Source: an uncultured Erysipelotrichaceae bacterium
GTDB taxonomy: Bacteria; Bacillota_I; Bacilli_A; Erysipelotrichales; Erysipelotrichaceae
Length of the DNA stretch: 32,000 nucleotides
Reading direction: 5' to 3'
Assembly: GCA_942493105.1 (NCBI GenBank)
Contig: OW818668.1
Span: 660,001-692,000, forward strand
Shown here: positions 26,609 through 32,000 of the stretch, piece after piece
Layout of the letters: the number at the start of each line of letters is the position of its first letter
How positions within the stretch are numbered: the stretch's first letter is position 1
Notes under the pieces: model-generated
What the model was told of the DNA's origin: nothing
Databases searched by the model: none
What the model saw: the letters and a program-made list of their open reading frames with translations, nothing else
Position numbers and translations under genes: made by a program

Positions 26609-27550
26609 ATGATTAAAAAAATACTCAAAGCTTTTTTATTTTTATTGATTTTCTTGATGATACTTCCGTATTTCATCCCAACGGACTATTCTAAGAAAGC
26701 ACCTGATAAACCTTATGAGAATTCGGTGTTTTTTACGACCGAAAGTGGACTTAGACTACACACTCAAGTATCTTATGCGGTAGGGGAAGAAAAAGGAAAG
26801 ATATTGTTGATCCATGGATTGATGGCATCCACCTTTTCATATCGTAAAAACATACAATTCTTGAGCGATCAAGGATATACCGTTATTGCAGTTGATTTGC
26901 CTGGTTTTGGATATAGTGATAAACCGTCTGATTTTAAATATACTCAAGTTAATTTTGCGTCGTTTTTGTGGGAAATGTTGGATGATTTTGATGCTCAGAA
27001 TAACAGCCAAAGTGCTTGGCATTTGGTGGGTCACTCCATGGGAGCTTCTACGACCTTAGCGATGGCTCTACAGAATCAATCGAAGATCATAGACATCACG
27101 ATGATCGCAGGTGCAGCAAACCAAGGATCGAATTCAGCTGGATACTTAATGGATACGCCTATAGGGGCATGGCTTAAAGTAGCGTTAAGATATTTTTTGC
27201 TCAATGAAAAGAATTTTAGTAATTTACTTAAAGATGTCTATCAGAAAGAAGTTCCTCAAGAAGCGGTAGATGGATATCTAGAACCTGTTTTAATTAAAGG
27301 AACGATCAATGGTTTGCTTCAATTTGTGAAGACTTCTAGGAATGTGACGATCGATGAAGTAAAGGGACTTAATCTAAAAATCAATTTGATATGGGGTGGA
27401 AAAGATACGTGGGTTCCTGTAGAAAACATGCAGATCATACAAGAAACAGTGACTGTAGCACAAACCTATATATTTGATGATGCTGGACATACTCCGCATG
27501 AAACAGAATCAGGATTCAATGAAGTTTTGTTGAATATGATTCAGAATTGA
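26609..27550 (+). CDS. Membrane-anchored alpha/beta-fold hydrolase
   Basis: N-terminal TM anchor (AFLFLLIFLMILPYFI), HG oxyanion motif (LLIHGLMAS), nucleophile elbow GHSMG, and a C-terminal catalytic His context DDAGHTPHETE. Confidence 0.85.
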   Translation: MIKKILKAFLFLLIFLMILPYFIPTDYSKKAPDKPYENSVFFTTESGLRLHTQVSYAVGEEKGKILLIHGLMASTFSYRKNIQFLSDQGYTVIAVDLPGFGYSDKPSDFKYTQVNFASFLWEMLDDFDAQNNSQSAWHLVGHSMGASTTLAMALQNQSKIIDITMIAGAANQGSNSAGYLMDTPIGAWLKVALRYFLLNEKNFSNLLKDVYQKEVPQEAVDGYLEPVLIKGTINGLLQFVKTSRNVTIDEVKGLNLKINLIWGGKDTWVPVENMQIIQETVTVAQTYIFDDAGHTPHETESGFNEVLLNMIQN

Positions 27551-27568
27551 TATGAACAGTTATCATAT

Positions 27569-27597
27569 TTGACAAAATAACGTTCTAACGCTAAAAT
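27569..27597 (+). promoter_or_regulatory. Promoter candidate upstream of the riboswitch-like leader
   Basis: TTGACA (27569-27574), a 17-nt spacer, then TAAAAT (27592-27597). This places the transcription start a few nt before the predicted P1 helix. Confidence 0.55.
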
Positions 27598-27602
27598 AGT
27601 CG

Positions 27603-27690
27603 CATACTGAGCAGGCGATGAACCGATAAGGTTTGTGGGGCTGGGCCATTAAGGCAGTGGAATTCAAGTGATCCACGGGACAGAATGTGT
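27603..27690 (+). promoter_or_regulatory. Candidate NiCo (czcD-motif) riboswitch aptamer
   Basis: It lies in the 5' leader of a CDF exporter gene. It contains ACUGAGCAGGC...GGGCC...GGCAGUGGAA...CCACGGGACAG, which matches my recollection of the conserved junction nucleotides of the czcD motif. The closing helix is CAUACUG (27603-27609) with CAGAAUG (27681-27687). Internal hairpins are AACC/GGUU and GUGGA/UCCAC. Confidence 0.6.
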
Positions 27691-27704
27691 TTCGTGGGTT
27701 TTTT
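27672..27704 (+). terminator. Riboswitch expression-platform terminator
   Basis: The 11-bp stem (3 G-U pairs) uccacgggaca (27672-27682) pairs with uguuucguggg (27688-27698) around a 5-nt loop, followed by six U (27699-27704). The left arm is built from the 3' strands of the aptamer helices, so the two folds are mutually exclusive. Confidence 0.7.
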
Positions 27705-27725
27705 ATACCCAATAGGAGAAAATGT

Positions 27726-28625
27726 ATGTCTATTTCTGTTAAATCAATCAAACGTATTCTTTGGGTCATCCTATTTGCGAACGTCGCGGTAGCATTGGCT
27801 AAAATCGGATTGGGAACACTAAGCAATTCTGCTTCTATTTTGGCAGATGGATTTCATTCCTTGACCGATGGGTCCAGTAATGTCATAGGACTGGTTGGGA
27901 TGTCTTTGGCGAGCCGTCCTGTCGATGATGATCATCCTTACGGTCATGGTAAATATGAGACCCTAAGTTCCTTACTGATTGTCGGGATGCTTTTCTTCTT
28001 GAGCTTTCAAATCATCAGTGAAGCCATTTCCAAGTTTTATAATCCTGTTATGCCTACTATTGATATCATTACCTTTGTGGTCATGGTTTCAACCTTGATC
28101 ATCAACTTGTTTGTGACAACGTATGAATATAAACAAGGCAAGAAACTTCATTCAACGCTACTCATGAGTGATGCGATGCATACACGAAGTGATGTGTTTG
28201 TTACATTAGGGGTTATTTTATCTCTTATCTTGATCAAACTTGGTTTACCGATTTGGATCGATCCTTTGGTTTCTTTAATCGTTGCAGGCGTTATCTTGTT
28301 TGCTGCCTATGAGATTTTTAAGATGGCCAGTGCTATTTTACTGGACTCCAAAGTAGTCGACGAAGACATCATCAAAGAAGTCGTCATGCGTTTACCTGAA
28401 GTCAAAGGGGTTCATCATATACGTTCAAGAGGTACATTATCCAATTTGTTTATTGACTTGCATGTATTAACGGATGCCCAAGTGACTTTGATCGATGCCC
28501 ATTATTTATCACACACGATTGAAAGGGTACTTCAAGATCATTTTGAAGATTCAATGGTGCAAGTCATTACACACCTAGAACCTTTTAATCCCAAATATCA
28601 ATCAGATTCACCCCAACAGCCATAA
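27726..28625 (+). CDS. czcD: Cation diffusion facilitator (CDF) family divalent-metal efflux protein
   Basis: AGGAG lies 7 nt upstream of the ATG at 27726. ILADGFHSLTDGSSN (TM2 HxxxD site), HPYGHGKYE, MSDAMHTRSD (TM5 HxxxD) and a C-terminal cytoplasmic domain are present. The ORF-track start at 27687 lies inside the terminator. Confidence 0.88.
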   Translation: MSISVKSIKRILWVILFANVAVALAKIGLGTLSNSASILADGFHSLTDGSSNVIGLVGMSLASRPVDDDHPYGHGKYETLSSLLIVGMLFFLSFQIISEAISKFYNPVMPTIDIITFVVMVSTLIINLFVTTYEYKQGKKLHSTLLMSDAMHTRSDVFVTLGVILSLILIKLGLPIWIDPLVSLIVAGVILFAAYEIFKMASAILLDSKVVDEDIIKEVVMRLPEVKGVHHIRSRGTLSNLFIDLHVLTDAQVTLIDAHYLSHTIERVLQDHFEDSMVQVITHLEPFNPKYQSDSPQQP

Positions 28626-28635
28626 GGCTGTTTTT
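28616..28635 (+). terminator. Weak terminator candidate after the CDF gene
   Basis: acagcc (28616-28621), loop ataa, ggctgt (28626-28631), followed by tttt. The stem is only 6 bp. Confidence 0.35.
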
Positions 28636-28662
28636 AATATAAATAAATTTATACAATATATG

Positions 28663-28691
28663 TTGCAATACTACATACATAGTGATATATT
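28663..28691 (+). promoter_or_regulatory. Promoter candidate for the PadR operon with an overlapping inverted repeat
   Basis: TTGCAA (28663-28668), a 17-nt spacer, then TATATT (28686-28691). An imperfect palindrome TATGT-N9-ACATA overlaps the -35. It is reminiscent of PadR ATGT/ACAT half-sites, but the spacing differs from the N8 I recall. Confidence 0.4.
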
Positions 28692-28713
28692 GGACATATA
28701 AGGAGAGAAAACC

Positions 28714-29019
28714 ATGAATGCACAATTTAAAAAAGGCGTGTTGGAACTCTGTGTGTTAGCACAATTAGCTAAGAGTGAACAATATGGCTACGAGCTGACA
28801 GAAACTATTTCTCAAGAAATGAGTGTCGCCAGCGGGACTTTATACTTACTACTGAGACGTCTAAAAGATGAGCAGTATGTAGAAACCTACTTGGTTGAAA
28901 CTGCTGAAGGACCTGCTCGCAAGTACTATAAACTCACACCAAAAGGTCTTGAATATACCGAATTATTGAAGCATGGCTGGATGGATTTCATTCAGCAAGT
29001 CGATCGGTTGATCCAATAG
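28714..29019 (+). CDS. PadR-family transcriptional regulator
   Basis: 101 aa. GVLELCVLAQLAKSEQYGYEL...SGTLYLLLRRLKDEQYVE...ARKYYKLTPKG is the PadR wHTH signature. Confidence 0.9.
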   Translation: MNAQFKKGVLELCVLAQLAKSEQYGYELTETISQEMSVASGTLYLLLRRLKDEQYVETYLVETAEGPARKYYKLTPKGLEYTELLKHGWMDFIQQVDRLIQ

Positions 29020-29032
29020 AAAGGGGACCATC

Positions 29033-30064
29033 ATGACACAGAAAGAATACTTAAATCAATTAGCAGAAGCATTGGATGCTTTAAATCCACAAGATAAAGA
29101 TGAACTGATGGCTGATTTTAAAGAACATTTTGATATCGGACTCAGTGAAGGAAAATCAGAAAAAGAAATCATTGATTCATTGGGACCTGTAGGTGAGTTG
29201 GTTCAGTCACTAGATCTCAAACGATTGGAAAATCATAAACAAGAGTCGCATGATTCTAGAAAAGTATTCGGCTCAACGATCCAACGTGTCGTTATCGATG
29301 GTGTGCATGCGGATGTTACCATCAACGCTTCTCAAGATGATCAAACTCACATCGATTATGAAATATCAAAACGAGTTTTAGGCAAACTATCTACACAAGT
29401 AACGACCAAACAAGAAGGCAATACACTTTTTGTAACAGTCACCAATGAAAATCGACTCTTTAAACATAGTGTTGATCCTGTCGATCTTAGCTTTGAACTT
29501 CCCAAGACATTGGTAGAATTAATATGTAAAACAGCCAGTGGAGATATAAGAATCGATGATTGTGTTATAGAACACCTAGATCTTCATAGTTTGAGCGGAG
29601 ACATCGGTGTCGATGATTTGAAAGCAAAAAACATCAAAGTGATCGGAGTTTCTAGTGACATTGATCTCACTGCGATCAGCGGTGACCTTCAAATCAAAAC
29701 AGTCAGCGGAGATGTCAATATCTTTGAACATGATGGCGATGCTTGCACGATTGAAACGGTAAGCGGAGATATTGAATATGATGGAAGTGCTCATCAAATG
29801 CGAATCAATTCAACTTCTGGTGACGGTAGTCTAAAAGCTCCTGATGTTTATACCTTAAGCATCAATACAGTGAGTGGTGACTATGAACTAGAGTTGGATA
29901 TTGAAAAGAAAGGATGCTCGATTGCCTTCATTTCCAATAGTGGATCCCTAAGTATTGGAGATGCCGAATATGATACGCCCAGACATAATCAAACCATCAC
30001 GATTGGTGATGGATCAACCAAAGTCAATCTAAAAAGTGTCAGCGGAGATTTCGAAATAGAATAA
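29033..30064 (+). CDS. DUF1700 (HAAS-like) N-terminal domain fused to a DUF4097-type beta-helical repeat domain
   Basis: The N-terminus (KEYLNQLAEALDALNPQDKDELMADFKEHFDIGLSEGKSEKEIIDSLGP) is typical of DUF1700. The C-terminal half has about 10 repeats of an (S/T)-G-D-h motif every 17-20 aa (ASGDIRI, LSGDIGV, SSDIDL, ISGDLQI, VSGDVNI, VSGDIEY, TSGDGSL, VSGDYEL, NSGSLSI, VSGDFEI). I see no hydrophobic TM segment. Confidence 0.75.
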   Translation: MTQKEYLNQLAEALDALNPQDKDELMADFKEHFDIGLSEGKSEKEIIDSLGPVGELVQSLDLKRLENHKQESHDSRKVFGSTIQRVVIDGVHADVTINASQDDQTHIDYEISKRVLGKLSTQVTTKQEGNTLFVTVTNENRLFKHSVDPVDLSFELPKTLVELICKTASGDIRIDDCVIEHLDLHSLSGDIGVDDLKAKNIKVIGVSSDIDLTAISGDLQIKTVSGDVNIFEHDGDACTIETVSGDIEYDGSAHQMRINSTSGDGSLKAPDVYTLSINTVSGDYELELDIEKKGCSIAFISNSGSLSIGDAEYDTPRHNQTITIGDGSTKVNLKSVSGDFEIE

Positions 30065-30067
30065 GTA

Positions 30068-30089
30068 AAAGGTCCAATTTTGGACCTTT
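30068..30089. terminator. Bidirectional terminator hairpin between convergent genes
   Basis: The 9-bp stem aaaggtcca (30068-30076) pairs with tggaccttt (30081-30089) around the loop attt. The A/T runs are part of the stem, so flanking U-tracts are poor. Confidence 0.5.
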
Positions 30090-30091
30090 AG

Positions 30092-30577
30092 TTATCTTAG
30101 GGTAATCGTAGGATAAGTTTTCTGCTTTCTTGTAAGACCCTCATAATATATTTTAAGATTTTTAGGCAATTGATAAGGCGATTCATCAATCGTATTCACA
30201 TCATCCATATGTTTAAGAATTGCTTCTTTGATCATGGCTTGAGGCGGTTCATTGGTGATCTTACCTTCATAAGACCAGGCTCTACAATTAACTTGATCGC
30301 CACACAGATCTCCGCAATCGACACATAAGGTTTCATGGCCGCTGAGGTCGATGTCATGGTGATTGACACGAATGGTTGGTGAGCTGATAAAACGATATTT
30401 TTGGGCCAGTTGAATGGAAGACATTTTGATTTTGTTGAGTTTGATTTGATAACCATCTTTTGATAATTGCTGGGTTACTTCTTCAAGGACATGCTCAAGA
30501 ATATTTCCTGTCTCAATACAACGCTGACATGAATGTAAGTCAAGATATAAAAAATCGACAATGATTGCTTTGGACAT
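30092..30577 (-). CDS. Cys-rich DUF2703-like (thioredoxin-fold-like) protein, last gene of the ars operon
   Basis: 161 aa. An N-terminal CQRC follows a beta-strand (IIVDFLYLDL), then SPTIRVNHHDI, then CVDCGDLCGDQVNCRAW. This matches what I recall of DUF2703 (C.RC ... SP.i.vnG.di ... C..C ... CR.W). Confidence 0.55.
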   Translation of the reverse strand: MSKAIIVDFLYLDLHSCQRCIETGNILEHVLEEVTQQLSKDGYQIKLNKIKMSSIQLAQKYRFISSPTIRVNHHDIDLSGHETLCVDCGDLCGDQVNCRAWSYEGKITNEPPQAMIKEAILKHMDDVNTIDESPYQLPKNLKIYYEGLTRKQKTYPTITLR

Positions 30578-30601
30578 CGTTAGTCCTCTCTTTACGCAAA
30601 T

Positions 30602-31039
30602 TTATTTCTGTTCGCTACTGCTAGGATCCACTAAGAATTGATGGACTTTTTCTAAGACAAGATCACGAATCAAACGCGTTCTGGCCATTCTTTCCTCATG
30701 CGTTCCACTTAATGAGGATGGATCCTCAAGATTCCAGTTTAGGGTCAGTTTTGCGCCCGGAAAAATTGGGCATTGTTGACCGCTCATTGCATCACATACT
30801 TTAACTACGTAGTCATATTTTTTACCAGCTTGATGAAAATCAAAGACAGATTTAGTTAGGTTTTGACTGATGTCGTAGCCGATTTCTTTCATGGCTTCAA
30901 CGACGAAAGGATTCAATTTGCCAGGTTCTAAACCAGCGCTTTCAGCCACATATTTTCCTTCACCCAAATGATTCAAGAAAGCTTCTGCCATTTGGCTTCG
31001 AGCTGAATTGTGAATACAGATGAATAAAACTTTTTTCAT
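30602..31039 (-). CDS. arsC: Arsenate reductase, thioredoxin-coupled LMW-PTPase type
   Basis: MKKVLFICIHNSARSQMAEAF (CX5R-S P-loop), plus downstream Cys residues (VCDAMSGQQCP) as in the S. aureus/B. subtilis ArsC family. Confidence 0.9.
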   Translation of the reverse strand: MKKVLFICIHNSARSQMAEAFLNHLGEGKYVAESAGLEPGKLNPFVVEAMKEIGYDISQNLTKSVFDFHQAGKKYDYVVKVCDAMSGQQCPIFPGAKLTLNWNLEDPSSLSGTHEERMARTRLIRDLVLEKVHQFLVDPSSSEQK

Positions 31040-31067
31040 GTTTTCTCCTTGGATCTATCGATCTTAT

Positions 31068-32000
31068 TTAAGTGCTAAACCAATGCTTTGTATTGTTGGC
31101 GATCTTGACCAGTATCAACATAACAGGGACTTCTGTCAATACCCCGACGACTGTCGCCAAGACTGCCGGAGAGGTAGTCCCAAACAATGCAATCGCAACC
31201 GCAACAGACAATTCAAAGAAATTAGAGGCGCCGATCATCCCAGCAGGTGCTGCAATATCATGAGGTAATTTTAATCCTTTACTTGAGAAATAAGCGATAA
31301 AGAAGATGAGAAAGGTCTGAATCGTTAAAGGAATTGCAATCAGTAAAATATGGAAGGGATTTTGTAAGATGACTTCACCTTGAAACGAGAATAGTAAGAT
31401 CAAAGTCAATAAGAGCCCACTAACAGTCACATTATCAAATTTAGGCAAGAAATTCTGATTAAAAGACGCTAAGCCGATTCGTTTGATCATAAAGACTCTA
31501 GTAAATATTCCAGCCGTCAAAGGAATAACCACAAACAAGACAACGGATAAAATCAAAGTATCCCAAGGCACCGCGATTTGACTGACTCCCAGTAAGAATT
31601 TAACAATAGGGACAAAGGCAATCAGGATGATCAAATCGTTGGTAGCTACTTGAATAATGGTATAAGCAGGATTTCCTTTGGTTAAAGTACTCCAAACAAA
31701 CACCATGGCTGTACAAGGCGCAGCCCCTAATAGAATGGCTCCTGCGAGATATTGTTGAGCCAACTCAGGACTGATCCATTGACGAAACACGATGGTAAAG
31801 AAGAAAGCTGCAATCGCAAACATCGTAAAAGGTTTGATGATCCAATTAACGACCCAAGTCACATATAAACCTTTAGGATTTTTACCCACATCTTTGATGC
31901 TTTGAAAATCAACTTTCATCATCATGGGATAAATCATGACCCAAATCAAGATGGCAATCGGAATAGAAATATTCGCAAACTCAAACTGATTGAAGAAGGA
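31068..32000 (-). CDS. acr3: Arsenite efflux transporter, ACR3 family (5' end outside the window)
   Basis: The reading frame stays open to the window edge (..FANISIPIAILIWVMIYPMMMKVDF..). Conserved ACR3 segments include GAAPCTAMVFVWS (the essential Cys context) and a C-terminal EVPVML. Confidence 0.88.
   Translation of the reverse strand, partial: SFFNQFEFANISIPIAILIWVMIYPMMMKVDFQSIKDVGKNPKGLYVTWVVNWIIKPFTMFAIAAFFFTIVFRQWISPELAQQYLAGAILLGAAPCTAMVFVWSTLTKGNPAYTIIQVATNDLIILIAFVPIVKFLLGVSQIAVPWDTLILSVVLFVVIPLTAGIFTRVFMIKRIGLASFNQNFLPKFDNVTVSGLLLTLILLFSFQGEVILQNPFHILLIAIPLTIQTFLIFFIAYFSSKGLKLPHDIAAPAGMIGASNFFELSVAVAIALFGTTSPAVLATVVGVLTEVPVMLILVKIANNTKHWFST

Noticed and set aside
27563-27826. 87-aa minus-strand ORF covering the CDF leader
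   Set aside because: It overlaps the promoter, the riboswitch-like structure, the terminator and the 5' end of the CDF gene. The region is better explained as a structured RNA leader.
31020-31268. Plus-strand ORFs 31020..31268 and 31072..31263
   Set aside because: They are antisense to the acr3 gene and to the arsC start region. They are Arg/Cys-rich shadow translations with no RBS.
1-32000. Search for CRISPR arrays, tRNA/rRNA genes, IS elements, integrases and prophage genes
   Set aside because: - The intergenic regions are all under ~180 bp.
- None shows regularly spaced direct repeats or tRNA-like cloverleaf segments.
- No ORF shows transposase or integrase motifs (DDE, or the tyrosine recombinase R-H-R-Y context).

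Overview
The window looks like a compact chromosomal segment of a low-GC Gram-positive (Bacillota-like) organism. Supporting signs are AGGAGG-type Shine-Dalgarno sites, a lipobox lipoprotein, a SEDS protein, a MutL with the endonuclease motif, and many ATGA start/stop overlaps. I found no rRNA, tRNA, CRISPR array, transposase or integrase.

Gene order:
- Housekeeping block: recR (3' end), fhs, an orphan protein with a PUA-like N-terminus, CYTH protein, nadK, FtsW/RodA, a degenerate PTS EIICB-like membrane protein, mutS, mutL, miaA, msrA.
- ABC-2 exporter pair, then an internally duplicated lipoprotein.
- DeoR regulator plus a membrane helical-repeat protein, divergent from an L-ascorbate (ula) PTS operon ordered ulaG-ulaC-ulaA-ulaB-X-ulaF-ulaE.
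- Minus-strand operon of tocopherol-cyclase-like, VTE5-like prenol kinase, DUF92/VTE6-like and DUF1722 genes, facing a membrane-anchored alpha/beta hydrolase.
- Candidate NiCo (czcD-motif) riboswitch plus a CDF exporter.
- PadR with a DUF1700/DUF4097 partner.
- Arsenic operon: acr3 (5' end cut by the window edge), arsC, DUF2703-like.

The two most interesting candidates:
1. The VTE1/VTE5/VTE6-like plus DUF1722 plus hydrolase cluster, a possible prenol-salvage and cyclisation module in a context that does not look photosynthetic.
2. The ula operon, which has no recognisable UlaD decarboxylase and carries an uncharacterised beta-propeller-like gene (X) in the corresponding slot.

All family assignments rest on motif recognition by eye and recalled family signatures. 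No searches were run.
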